DNA from: the human T2T-CHM13v2.0 reference genome, Homo sapiens
Assembly (NCBI RefSeq): GCF_009914755.1
Contig: NC_060927.1
DNA: 64,000 nt
Reading direction: 5' to 3' (one strand)
Shown: in pieces, positions 15,527 to 28,527 of the stretch
Layout: each line of letters starts with the position of its first letter
Position numbering within the stretch: position 1 is the stretch's first letter
Made by a program: the position numbers and the translations under genes
The notes under the pieces: model-generated
Databases searched by the model: none
Seen by the model: the letters and a program-made list of their open reading frames with translations, nothing else
Told to the model about the DNA's origin: nothing

Positions 15527-15892
15527 AATCTTAATCCATTTTCTTTGTTGTAACAGAATACCTGAGACTGGGTGATTTCTAATGAACAGAAATTTATTTA
15601 GTTCACAGTTTTGGAGGCTAAAAGTCCAAGAGCATATCTCCAGCATCAGGTGAGGGCCTTCCTGCTGTGCCATGACATTGTGGGAGGCATCACATGCTGA
15701 GACAGCGCAACTATACTAGCTTAGGTCTCTCTTACTCTTCCTACAAAGCCACCAGTCTCATCATGGGGCCTCACCTGAGTGACCTTATCTAATTCTAATT
15801 CTCTCCCAAAAGTCCCATCTTCAATTAGTATATGAATTTGGAAATTAAATTTCTAACACCTGACATTTGCGGGACACATTCAAACTATAGCA
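15527..15892 (-). mobile_element. MaLR solo LTR (MST family)
   Basis: tcttaatccatt...aacagaatacctgagactgggt...ggacacattcaaactatagca; 5-bp TSD cctac / cctat. Confidence 0.85.
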
Positions 15893-18377
15893 CCTATCTG
15901 TATTTTTATACTTGAAGTTTCTCATAGAGAGCATATAACTGGGTAGTGTTTATTAATCCAACTTCTCAATCTTTGTCTTTCAATTGGTATATTTAAGTCA
16001 TTTAAATCTGTTGTAATTATCGATATGGTAGAATTTAAGGCTACCATTTTATTGTTTTTGTTTGTTTTCTGTTTTATTTTTCCTGCCATCCTATGGGTTA
16101 CTTGAACATTTTTTTAAATTTCATTTCGATTTATGTAGCGTTTTTTAGTGCATCTCATTGAGTATTATTTTTAGTGGTTGCTCTAGGTATTACATTGTAT
16201 ATACCTAACTTATGAGTAGCATCATTTTACCAGATCAAGTGACATAATGGAAACTTTACTTTCCCCAATGTCCTTTTATTATCCCTGTTTATAATAGAAT
16301 TGTCTTAAATATTTTCTCTACATAAACTGAAGAACCACATCATACAGTGTTACAATTTTTGCCTCAACTGTCAAACATAATGCAGAATTCAGGAGGAGAA
16401 AAAATGCCTATTATTTTTCTATATTTTTGTGTACTGCCTTTCCTTCCTTTTTTGATGCTCCGATGTTCTTTTATCATTTCCTTTCTATTTAAAGAACTTT
16501 GTCTCACCATTCTTTTAGGGTAGGTTTGCTGGTGACAATTTTTTTTTAGTTTTCTCTCATTTGAGAATGTTTTGATTTCTCTTTCATCCCTGAAGGATAT
16601 TTTCACTGGGTATAGGATTCTGAGTTGATAGTTCTTTTCTTTTAGAACTGGAAAAATATTATGCCCCTTCCTTCTTTCTTCTATGTCTTTTGATGAGAAA
16701 TCTGCTGTCATTCAAATTGTTTTTACCCTATAGGCAAAATGACATTTTTCTTTACCTGGTTTTAGATTTTTTTCTTTGTCCTTAGTTTTCAGAAGATTAA
16801 TTATGATGTATCTTGGCATGGATTTCCTTAGGTTTACCCTGCTTGAAGTTTCACTCATCTTGTTGAAGCTGTAGGTTTACATCTTGTCAAATTTTGTAAG
16901 TTTTCTGCCATTGTTCTTCAAGTACTTTTTTAGTTCTGCCTTATTTATCCCTTCCTTCTTGGACTATGACAACACGAATATTCCATCTTATAGTTCCACA
17001 GGTTTCTGAAGTGTTATTCATTTTTTTCAATCTATTTTTTTCTCAGTTGATCAGATTAGGTATTTCTATTGTTCTATCTTCCAATGTACTGATTCTTTCC
17101 TCTATCTCTTCCATTCTATTGTTGAACATATCCATGAGCTTTTTAATACCAGTTGTTGTATACTTTATTTCTAAAATTTAAATTTGGTTCTTTTTTATAC
17201 TTCTATTTCCTTGCTGAGGTTTTCATTTTATTTTCTTTTAAGTGTATTAGTAATTGCTCTTTGAAGCACTTTAATTATGGCTGCTTTAAAATATTTCTCA
17301 GATAATTTTAACATCTCTGTCATCTTAGTGTTGGAATACATTGTCTTTTCTCATTTGGTTTGAGATAATCCTGGCTTTTGGTATGACAAGTTAAACCTAG
17401 ACATTTTTTTGTATGTATTTTGAGACTCTGGATCTTATTTAAATCTTCTGTTTAGCTGTTTTTTTTTTGTTTTTTTGTTTGTTTGTTTGTTTTTTCGACA
17501 CTGCTTTTGTAGGGAAAGCAGGGGAACTGCCTCATTACTACAGGTGAAGATAGAAGTCCAAATTCTCTACCTGGCCTCCATTGACAGCCAAAGCTTGAGG
17601 CTCCTTATTACTGCTGGGCAGGAATGGGAGTCCTATTTCCCTAGCTGGTCTCCCCTGCCACCATAGTAGGGATGGCCTCATTACTACTGGGCAATGGTTA
17701 AAGTCCTGACTCTGTACTAGGCCTCCTCTAACACCTCCCCAGCGACGTGGGGGAAGGATGCCTTGTTACTACCTGTTAGGAGTGAAAGCCCACATTTACC
17801 ATGTGATCTTTAATCCCAATGCAAGTTGGAGAGCTTTTACCAGCCAGTGGGGGTGAAATCTCCAGCTCCCTACTTAGCATTTTCTGACACCATCCTGGCT
17901 AGGGTGTTAGGTCATCTTATTATAGCCTTGAGAGGGTAGAAGTCTCCCCTGCCCACCTGGTCTTTGCTGGCATGGGCAGGGGTGGAGCCACAATATTTTT
18001 CTCTGGTGTTTGGCTAGAGTAATTATTGTCTAGAACCTTTTTTGTCTAGCTTGGCTGTCCCTTTCCTGGTCCTTTGGGTAGGGAGAGTAGGCTTCTGCTG
18101 GGGCATTTTTGTCAGCACACTTTAATGTTTGCTGGTTGTTGGCTTCTTCAGCTCTTGGTCTGGGATATATAAGGCAGAAAAACAAACAAAAAATGAAGAG
18201 AAATCACCACTATGTCATTTTCTTTGGGTCTCAAGGTCCCTAGCCAGTCTGCATCCTTCTTTCCAACTTTTAATGTATTCTTATGTTTGTTTTACATTTA
18301 ATGTTCAAGGTTTTTGCCATATTTAGTGAGATGAATGGGGAAAAGTACATGTATTCCATATTCTCAGAAATGGAAGA

Positions 18378-20200
18378 CTACTGCTGCAATTAATTTTAAC
18401 ATGAAAGACACAACATTTAACTGAAGAAATTTGTATAATCAGTTGGAAGGATGAGATCTATGCAAATCATACCAAGATTTTGAATGGTAAAATTTTATGT
18501 CATGATATGACAATTTCTCCAAAACTAGTATACGAATTTAGTGCAATTGTAATAAGAATCTCAATGGGTTTTGGGGGAATTGACAAAATGATCACCAAAT
18601 TTATATCAAAGAAGAAATACTTGAGTCTACCCAAGAAAAATGTGAAAAGAAAATGCCGGTGAGGAGAAATTTCTTTTTCCAGATATTAGAAAATAATAAA
18701 ATATAAAATATAAATTGTATATAAAATATAAAAGCTAATGTTGCTCAAATAAATATAGGCTTGGTATAGGAATAAACAAATAGATCCATGTAACAAAATA
18801 GAGAGATCAGAAAAGGTTGCTAGTATTTAAGAGTATTTATTCATGAGAAAAGTCCATCTCAGAGGAAAGAAATAAATTATGTAATAAGTCCTCAACTGCC
18901 TAATAACCTAAGAAAAAAGTAAAATTTTGCTTCATTTTACTCCATACTGAAATTAAAAAGCATGTCTAGAGACCCTAAATTCTCAAATATAATGAAAAAG
19001 TAAAACAATAAAAAAAATTCAAGAAAATCTTTGTAACTACACATGTATATGTTAGGGAAAAAGGAATCATTCTTAACTAAGTCTAGAAACATAGAAGTTT
19101 TTAAAAGTAAACATATTTGGCTACATAAAACAATAAAACATCTGTGTGACCAAAAATCTCATAATGAAAGTCGACAGACAAATGATACATGTAGAAGAAA
19201 TTTAGGTACAAGACAATTCAAATGACAAAAAGTTAATGCCAATAATGTATAATAAAATGTTGAAAATTGTTAAGAGAAAGATGAACGATATAGCAGAAAA
19301 CTGGGTAAAGAACATAAACAGATAATTCACAGAAATAAAAAATCCAAATAGCCAACATATTTCAGAATGCTCAAAGTCAGTAATGTTCAAGAAATTGCAA
19401 ATTGAAATAACAATACATATAGCTTGACTTCCATCAGACTGGTTAAAATTTTTTTAAAAGATAAAATCTATTCTGCTTGAGATATAGCACCAAAGATTAC
19501 TCATACATTAATGGTGGGAATGTGGATATTACAGACTTTGGGGCAAACTATTAGCAACATCTACTTTAAATTTTTTTTTAAATGTTAACTACGTCCTCCA
19601 ACCCAGCAATTCTGTACTTCAGAATATACCCCTTAGAAATAAAACCACCACCATGTAAAAAATATGAAGAGATATATGAACTATACCACTGTTTTTAGTG
19701 CCAAATAAACTGGAAACATGATGAATGCCCATCAACAAGAGCATAGGCAGGAGAATAATGGGTGGTTTATTATGCCATGGGATATTATGCAGCCATTTGA
19801 AAGAGTGAATATCAGTTGACTTGCAGAGATTTTCATAAGGTATTTTTTTTATGGAAAAAAGCAAGGTATAAGAAATGATAGGCACTGTGTTTCCATCATA
19901 TAAATCAATGACCAGTGTCCATATTATTTTGTGTGTCAATATCTATATAAGATTACATGGGCAAAGAGAAAAACCAAAAAGGTTATATTCCAAGTTATTT
20001 ACATTTGAATAGGAATATATATTGAAAGAGAGAGAAAAAAGAGGGTGGAACCAAACAAAGAAGTATAAGAAAAAAAAGAGATTGCTCTTTTAAAAGGTGA
20101 TGACAAGATCACAATTATATATTTATGTAAAATGGTGTGTGTGTGTGTGACTACCATGTATTCGAAAAACATTTAAAAGTTAAAAATATACCTTAAATCA
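18378..20200 (+). mobile_element. Old L1 (L1ME-like) 3' region; right half of host L1
   Basis: Resumes ORF2 where 10057 stopped (gacaatttctccaaaactagtatacgaatttagtgcaatt; acccagcaattctgtacttcagaatatac). Confidence 0.78.
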
Positions 20201-20439
20201 CATACCAAATATAGATATACTATCTCTCAATAAGTCCAAAACAACTAACTTTTCCCCCTGTGTTGGAATAGATTCTGATTCTTTGTATGTATGTGGATAA
20301 GTTGAATTAGGTGATATACATTTAGGGACCATGTTGTATTAAAAATGTGTAACACTGAACCTGAGAATAGCTTCCAACAGCAAAAGAGTATAGTTGAAGT
20401 TGTATAAATCAGGTGCTCCTGTGCCACGAAGCTATGGGT

Positions 20440-20955
20440 CATGGCTCCAAACTGGGTAAACCAAGGCACCCCTGGGCACCACAGTGAACTCAGGGATAAC
20501 ATCAGATGTTTTCAAGAGAAACACAGAGGTATTTTGTATTTGATGAATACCCTGTTAAATACTATCTTTAAGTAATTTATGTTTTCAATGTTAAGTTACT
20601 CTACTATATTCTTTTCAATGTCATGATGTCTCTGTGAAACTAGAGTTTTGGCAGTTTGCTTAAATATGGAACAGGAAATGAGGGTGGTGGGGTCCGATAT
20701 GATTTCAAGATATGATAAATTGTGTATGTCGAAAAGTTGAACACATTCCTATATTATACTATTATAAATACATAAATATGATTATTAAAGAGTAAAATTT
20801 AAATTATTTTTCCTTAAATTTATATGCATTACTTTTTCAAATGACTTGCTCAGTTGCTGGGACCTAACTACCTAATAAATGGAATAGGTAATTTTTTTTT
20901 TTTTTTGCTAGATACATTGTGAGAAAATAACTGAGCCACTAAGGGAGCTGTGAGT
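20440..20955. mobile_element. hAT-Charlie DNA transposon fossil (MER119-like)
   Basis: ggctccaaactg...aggcacccctgggcaccacagtgaactca; ggaacaggaaatgagggtgg; ggacctaactacctaataaa; actgagccactaaggg. Confidence 0.75.
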
Positions 20956-22438
20956 ACATAATCTGCTATAGAATGGTATAAACTAAGCTATTGGCTGAAT
21001 AAGAAAAGGCAGCCCAAACCTCCATAGGGGAGGAGACAGTGGTTGCAACTACTATGAAAACAGCCATACGGACCTGTGACAGATGACTATTGCTGAACTA
21101 CAATAAACTCCTTCCTCCTCAGATGTTAAAAAAATTAAATTTGAAAACTGCTACCACTGACTTTACTTGTATTTACACCAAGAAACTAATTGATATTTTA
21201 TCCACTGCCTCTATTATAACCTGCAGGGATGAAAGAATACAAAACAATTACAAATCAATTACTGTTACACTGGGTTTTCAGAAACCATAAATCTGACAGC
21301 TGCTTTGCTGGGAGTCACAGTGAGTTTGACAGGTTTCTTAATATTCAGAAGCCAGGCATCAGATCTAGTCAGAATTCACACATTCTAATGTTGATTACTT
21401 CCTTTGTGTGTTTTGTAATGGGATTTGTTGAATACAAAGGCCACTTGTCTACATTATTATTGTAAAATAAATCATATTAGGATTCACCTATCCCATCACA
21501 TTAGACATTTTTATTCTGGAAACTCTCAGGGTTGCTAGTATTTTGAAGCATTTTCCAGATGCACTCTGCAACAATTTCAAACTGCAAACCTTTCCTGGCA
21601 TATCCAAGATAAATTTTTGACTGTGTTCTTCCATAAAGTTTCTATTTCCTTCTGAGAGAATGCCAATAAAATTATTTAATTTCTCCTGATCCATTTATTA
21701 TCATCCACCAAGAATGTATCCAAGGGCAGTGCACATCATGCCAAGTGTTAAGCTAGGGTTTAGTCAGTGTCTATAAAGAAACAGCGAGTAAAAAATGACA
21801 AAAAGCTTTGGTGTTTAAAACACTTTTACATTTCTCTTGCCAAACTCAAGAAGTCTTAATAGTCTTGGTAATTAGGCCCCTAAATCTTGATGAGTGCTAA
21901 AGTGTTAGTGACCTCATAAAATTAACAGCTAGATACTTCACCTGTTCAGCTCCCCCTTATCAGATGCTGAGAAAAGACTAGGTCTTTCTCAAGAGCATTT
22001 GTTATTGTTAGCTCAGACTTCCAATTTTACCATATGAATTCTAAAGTTTCAGGGTCTACTATACCCATATAGGAGTCTGCCTGGATAGATATCTCACTAT
22101 CTAGAGCCTGAATCTGAAAATACCATTATAGGGCAGAGCTTCTCTTACTTTGAAACCACCCCAGTCATTCCAAAGTGCCTTCACCTAGAAAGGTACATTG
22201 CATTATCATTCATCCATGCTCTACCTTGGGATGGGAAAAATGAATGGCAGAAGATAGATGGTCTGCCACAGTGGCCAGCTTTGGCCAGGAGATGGCAAGA
22301 GAGGATCACCCCAGTGGAGACAGCCAACACCTAAGGGGCTCCAGTTGGCACTGGGCCATTAGTGACAGTTCTCAGGAATTTAGCAATTCAAAAGCAAAGG
22401 CTTGAGTTGGAGGCCCGGGGTTGGTAGTTGAAGTATGC

Positions 22439-24713
22439 TGATATGCTTTGGCTGCACCTCGCCCAAATCTCAACTTGGATTGTATCTCCCAGAATTCCCA
22501 CGTGTGATGGAAGGGACCCAGGGGAAGATAATTGAATCATGAGGGCTGGTATTTCCCATGCTGTTCTCATGATAGTGAATAAGTCTCAAGAGATCTGATG
22601 GGTTTATCAGGGATTTCTGCTTTTGCTTCTTCCTCATTTTCTCTTGCCACTGCCATGGAAGAAGTGCCTTTTGCCTCCTGCCATGATCCTGAGGCCTCCC
22701 CAGCCATGTGGAACTGTAAGTCCAATTAAACCTCTTTTTCTTCCTAGTCTCAGATATATCTTTATCAGCAGCATGACAATGGACTAATACAGTAAATTGG
22801 TACCAGTAAAGTAAGGGGGTTGCTGAAAAGATACCTGAAAATGTGGAAGCAACTTTGGAACTGGGTAACAGGCAGAGACTGGAACAGTTTGAAGGGCTGA
22901 GAAGAAGACAGGAAAATGTGGGAAAGTTTGGAACTTCCTAGAGACTTGTTGAATGGCTTTGCCCAAAATGCTGATAGCGATATAGACAATAAAATCCAGG
23001 CTGAGGTGGTCTCAGATGGAGATGAGGAACTTGTTGGGAACTGGAACAAACGTGACTTTTGTTATGTTTTAGCAAAGAGACTGGTGGCATTTTGCCCCTG
23101 CCATAGAGATTTGTGGAACTTTGAACTTGAGAGAGATGATTTAGGTATCTGTAAGAAGAAATTTCTAAGCAGCAAAGCACTCAAGATGTGACGTGGGTGC
23201 TGTTAAAGGCATTCAGTTTTATAAGGGAAGCACAGCATAAAAGTTCAGAAAATTTGCAGCTTGACAGTGCAATAGAAAAGAAAATCCCATTTTCTGAGAA
23301 GAAATTCAAGCCGGCTGCAGAAATTTGCATAAGTAGCAAGGAACCTAATGTTAATCCCCAACACCCTGGGGAAAATGTCTCCAGGCCATGTTAGAGACCC
23401 TCAGGGCAGCCCCTCCCATCTCAGGCCCAGAGGCCCAGGAGGAAAAAGTGGTTTCATGGGCTGAGCCCAGGGTCCCTGTGCTGTGTGCAGCCTAGGGAAT
23501 TGGTGCCCTGTGTCCCAACCACTCTAGCCATGGCTGAAAGGGGACAACATACAGCTTGGGCTGTGGCTTCAGAGGGTGGAAGCCCCAAGCCTTGGCAGCT
23601 TCCACGTGGTGTTGAGCCTACAGTTGCACAGAAGTCAAGAACTGAGGTTTGGGAACCTCTGCCTAGATTTCAGAAGATGTATGGAAATGCCTGGATTCCC
23701 AGGCAAAAGTTTGCTGCAGGGGCAGGGCCCTCATGGAGAACCTCTGCTAGGGCAGTATGGAAGGGAAACTTGGGGACACACAGAGTCCCTACTGGGGCAC
23801 CACCTAGTGCAGCATTGAGAAGAGGACCACTGTCCTCCGGACCCCAGAATGGTAGATCTACCAACAGCTTGCACCATCTGTCTGGAAAAGCTGCAGACAC
23901 TCAATGCCAGCCCATGAAAGCAGCCAGGAGGGAAGCTATACCCTGCAAAGCCACAGGGGAAGAGCTGTCCAAGACCATGGGAACCCACCTCTTGCATCAA
24001 CATGACCTGGATGTGAGACCTGGAGTCAAAGGACATCATTGTGGAGCTTTAAAAATTGACTGCCCTACTGGTTTTTAGACTTGCATGGACCCTGTAACGT
24101 CTTGTTTTGGCCAATTTCTCCCATTTGGAATGGCTGGATTTACTCAATACCTGTACCTCCATTGTATCTAGGAAGTAACTAGCTTGCTTTTGATTTTACA
24201 GGCTCATAGGCGGAAGGGACTTGCTTTGTCTCAGATGAGACTTTGGACTGTGGATTTTTGGGTTAATGCTGAAATGAGTTAAGATTTTGGGAGACTGTTG
24301 GGAAGGCATGATTAATTTTGAAAAGTGAGGACATGAGATTTGGAGGGGCTGGGGCAGATTGATGTGGTTTGGCTATGTCCTCACCCAAATCTAAACTTGA
24401 ATTGAATCTCCCAGAATTCCCACGTATTGTGGGAGGGACCCAGGGGGAGGCAATTGAATCACGGGGGCTGGTCTTTCCCATGCTATTCTCGTGATAGTGA
24501 ATAAGTCTCAAGAGATCTGATTGGCTCATCTGGGGTTTCCGCTTTTGCTTATTCCTCATTTTCTCTTGCTGCTGCCATGTAAGAAGTGCCTTTTGCCTCC
24601 CACCATGATTCTGAGGCCTCCCCAGGCATATGAAACTGTAAGTCCAATTGAACCTCTTTTTCTTCCCCGTGTCAGGTATGTATTTATCAGCAGAGTGAAA
24701 ACATACTAATACA
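22439..24713 (+). mobile_element. Full-length THE1A (MaLR) element: LTR 22439-22791, internal 22792-24359, LTR 24360-24713
   Basis: Two ~353-bp TG...CA LTRs with THE1A-type 'cttttgcttcttcctcattttctcttgcc'; internal begins gtaaattggtaccag and ends in a purine-rich tract; TSD tatgc / cgtgc. Confidence 0.95.
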
Positions 24714-25944
24714 CGTGCCTAACTCAAAGAGAGAGTCAAACAGGTTAGGATACCAATGGGAATCTTGCCCAGCCCTAGTAGGATGATGGGGATGCCAGAA
24801 AGTAGAAGAATCCAAGCAAGAAGGATGGAACAAATCAGGAATCATGCCTTACACAGGTCATTGGGCAACAAGGAATGAACGAGATGGATGCTGAAAAGCC
24901 ACTGAGGTTGGCAGGATCTAGGGGTAACCAGTTGGTTTTGGAACTCTAGGATGAAGCCACCATTCATGTATCAGGGTAGGTTTGATATCCTACAACTCTC
25001 TGCCAGTGTGAACCCTCATCAGAATCCTCATCAGCCTACTTTAGGAAGCTTGTCACTACAAGCCAAGAAATTTGAGTTCTTGCCATCTTCTATTCTTTTA
25101 TTTACTGTGACCAAGCCAAGATTAGCAAGTTCTTCTCTCTCCCCAAAGCTCAACTCTAGTTTATAAAGCGGAGTTCCTAATACTCATCTAATGGTAGCAT
25201 CAACTGTCCTTCCCCTGCCACTCAAGCAAACAAATGGACATGGAGCCCTTAGGCCAAGCAAGAAAGAAGTTGGATCAGATCCCAACGAAGTCATCTTACA
25301 AGAAAAAAAAGTGTAGTGGGGGTGAAAATTATGGAACTGCAATCAAGTACTGATGTTGTACTTACCAGGCTTTGTCAACCACTTTATGATTGTTAAGATA
25401 ATTAATAGAAAATTGCATAATGGCTTAAAGAAAGTTTATAGGTTCTTTAAAACCTATCTGCAGGGAAGTTCTTTAAAGCAGTAATTAGCATAATGAGAAA
25501 TGAGAAAATTTCAGCACTATTCCTCCCACAAATGTGAATAAATCTATTAGGCACCTCACTAGCTATTCTAAAGACAGAACTCTAATGTACCTTAAGTGCT
25601 GTGGAGGGCAGAAGGTCATCAATATTACAAAGTTATCTGGCATCCGTTTTATAGGATCAGCTCCAGGTAGCTTTGCCACTTCTGAAATAGTACTTCCTCC
25701 ACTATAAAGAAAATTCTTTGCCATTGTGACCTACTGTGATACTCACTTATGTAAAAATCTTAGTAACAACTTTGTTTGTCAGAGTACAAATAGTGTGGAT
25801 TTTTTAAAAAAGAATCAATTCCATCATTACTGGAATGCCATCATAGCTGTAATTTAAGAACAAATTTATTGAAGTGAAATGCAGTGCTGTAAGGACTGCC
25901 TAAGTTATATCTGTAGGAGTTTGTCTGAATTATGAGAGGAAAGA

Positions 25945-26125
25945 AGACTGGCATTTCTTGAGACTTTATATGATTATGTAACTTAATCCTCACAGCATCT
26001 CTGTGAAGTGGGCATCCTTGCTACTATTTGATAGATGAAGAAAAAGAGGCTCAGGGAGGATTTTTAACTGGCCTCAGTAGGCATAACTATTGAATTGCAG
26101 ATTTGGTATTTGAATCTGACCTCTT
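25945..26125 (-). mobile_element. MIR SINE
   Basis: ttaatcctcacagcatctctgtgaagtgggc...atagatgaagaaaaagaggctcaggga...tatttgaatc. Confidence 0.75.
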
Positions 26126-26895
26126 CCTTAAAGTAATTTTTTGGAGGAAAAAAAAACTATTTCCAGTTTCCTGGTTACTAATCAAACTCAGGTTCCCATG
26201 TAACGTGTGTCTATGCTTTACTTTAGGAGGTCATCTCAGCTCCAAATGTAGCAGAAAGCCTAGACTTTTCCCCATTTTTTTCTCCCAAAGAGAGAGTCAC
26301 CCTTATGGTACAGGGTACACACCCATTTGCATTTTCATTAGATGAGATAAATCATTTTGCTATTGAGGATGATTTGCCCAGCAAAGCTTTGGAAGCTCTC
26401 ATTTGCACTCCATCAGTAACCAGATACTTCATTCCCCAAAACACTTAAATACGTGACACTTTTTCTTTTTAAAAGGGCAATTTGGAAACAAACTAATGTC
26501 AGCCCTTCTTCACAAAATGAGATGACCAGTTCTATCCTTTCTCATATCTTGGGTGGTAATTGGGTCAAAGGGATGGCAAATGAGATGGGGGATATGAGCT
26601 CGGTCAAAGCAAGAGAAGAAGATTCAAGGAGATGATTTAATTTTCTTAGCGGCTGGATAAAGAATTCCCTGAGGGAAGAGACACACTTTCCTTGTTGAGA
26701 AGATGCCTAGATAAATTCATCTTAGAGTAGAATCTTAGCCTTCAGGGCCTGAATGAGGATAGAATTGTTTAGCTTGAGACTTGGGGTAAGATTTGCTTTT
26801 TCCCCTCAAGAGGGAGGAGACAGTAAGGTAGAGGAAGACAGTGGAAGAGGGTAAGTGATGAAATAAGAAAAGGCTTCTTCCACCTCACTTCGTAC

Positions 26896-27069
26896 TTTTT
26901 TTTTTTTTTTTTTTTAGAGAAAGGGTCTGGCTCTGTCCCCTGAGCTTGAGTATAGTGGCATAATCATAGCTCACTGTAGCCTAGAATTCCTGAGCTCAGG
27001 TCATCTTCCCACCTAAGCCTGCTTAGTAGCTGAGACTACAGCCATGAGCTATGAGCTACCATGCCTAAC
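26896..27069 (-). mobile_element. Alu monomer (FAM/FRAM-like)
   Basis: Poly(T), then agagaaagggtctggctctg...atcatagctcactgtagcc...ctgagactacag...ccatgcct; single arm. Confidence 0.85.
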
Positions 27070-27999
27070 ACTATCCTCATTCTTAATCAGATTACCAAAG
27101 TCACAAAACACTTGAGAAAAATGGAATTTTTAAAATGAAAATTTATGAAAAGGCTGGGCATGTTGTCTGGAATGACAAATGGGTAGTACGGGACAAAAAG
27201 GAAGTTGTAGAGGTAGAAACCCACAAAAAGTATGGTTCTGGGAGCTTTTATCAATTGGCAGAGGTTGGGGATGGCTCTCGACTCCTCCAGATCATTACAT
27301 GGTTTAGGTCAAGCTTAACCAGATGCCCAAGGCAACTAACACCTGCACTTAGTAACTTTACAATTCTGTGCTATTGCTGTTTCTCAGTTCATTTGCTTCT
27401 CTTGGGACCCTAGAACTTTTACCATTCAACAGTGATGTCTTGGGTTAACTCTCAATAACAGTGTGAAGAAAAAAGAAAAAACAGATGTGGAAATAGAAGC
27501 AGGTAGGATATCAGGGCATTTCTCAAAAATCATAATTATCTGGCTGAGAAGAGATAAAACCCTGCATTAGCATTGCTTTAATGCTCAAATGAACAATCAG
27601 GAGGCCTTTTTGAGAGGAGGTAAATGGCTGTATTACTATTTATAGTCAATCAATTAGGGAGCAAATGATAACACTCAAATGAGGTTTCCCTGCTTGGGAA
27701 ATATAAATAGTGACCCACCATGATGCTTATTTTATTAAGGATCTTTCTAACAACTTTGATGCTTACTTCAAAAGGAAACACATTTTTAAGATACATGACT
27801 CCTGCCCCTTCCATCAAATCCTCATTCTCTCTGTGGTTAAGTTCACTTATCCTAAGTAAGGAAGCCTTAGTTGGCTAGAAGTTGACAACTTCTCTCTCTC
27901 TGTATGTCAGAATATTAAGGGGCACCCAGGAAGACAGTGTCTAAATCTATTATATGACATGTCTGAAATCTACTTAAGATCACCTCGTGGTCACTCAAA

Positions 28000-28148
28000 T
28001 TAATAGCTACTATTTGCCAAGTTCTATATTAAATGTTTGATATACCAGACTTCATCCAATCCTCACAAAAGCCCTAGAATGCAGGTAGTTTTATTCCCAT
28101 TTTGTGGATGAAGAAACTGAGGGTCATAGTGATTAACTTACCAAGTGT
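28000..28148 (-). mobile_element. MIR SINE
   Basis: aatcctcacaaaagccct...attcccattttgtggatgaagaaactgagg. Confidence 0.78.
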
Positions 28149-28290
28149 TATTCATTTGCTTGTTCATCCATTGATTCTCTCAATATCTATTTATGGAGTG
28201 CCTACTGTATACCGCATATCATTCTCATTGCTGAAGATAGAACAGTGAATGTAAGAGAAAAAAAACGTAGATTCATGGTATTTATATCTG
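28149..28290 (-). mobile_element. L2 3' end
   Basis: ttcatccattgatt...tatttatggagtgcctactgtata...gctgaagatagaacagtgaa. Confidence 0.65.
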
Positions 28291-28440
28291 ACTGAGCTGA
28301 AAAAGGGTAACCAGAATAGGAGAGAGCTGACATCTGAGCAATATTAAGTAAGAATTCTATAACTGCCCCTTGAAATAGAAAGGTTTGCTATGTAAAATTT
28401 CACTGCTTTCTGCAGGAAGCCTGGATAGCAACATAAAAGA

Positions 28441-28527
28441 ATATCATTACTTTTACAGATATCATCATTATTTTATAGATAGCATCATTATTTTATGGAT
28501 ATCATGATATTTTTATGAATATCATGA
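28441..28527. repeat. Degenerate 20-bp tandem repeat, ~4.3 copies
   Basis: atatcattacttttacagat / atcatcattattttatagat / agcatcattattttatggat / atcatgatatttttatgaat. Confidence 0.85.

Larger units (their letters stand above)
10058..18377 (-). mobile_element. Apparently full-length ancient L1 (L1MC/L1MD-like), antisense, with nested insertions
   Basis: 3' UTR at 10058-10700; ORF2 remnants (ATVIKTVWNW 11341-11532; FLSLIKSIY...NIILNG 13478-13744; KIDYILG endonuclease 14939-15145); ORF1 C-terminus TADFSS...LRILYPVKISF 16364-16711; GC-richer 5' UTR at 17500-18377. Confidence 0.85.

Noticed and set aside
16364-16711. ORF with clear protein similarity (TADFSS...LYPVKISF)
   Set aside because: L1 ORF1p remnant with frameshifts and stops; counted under the L1
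23485-24078. 197-aa ORF
   Set aside because: Lies within the THE1 internal region; a degenerate MaLR remnant, not a host gene
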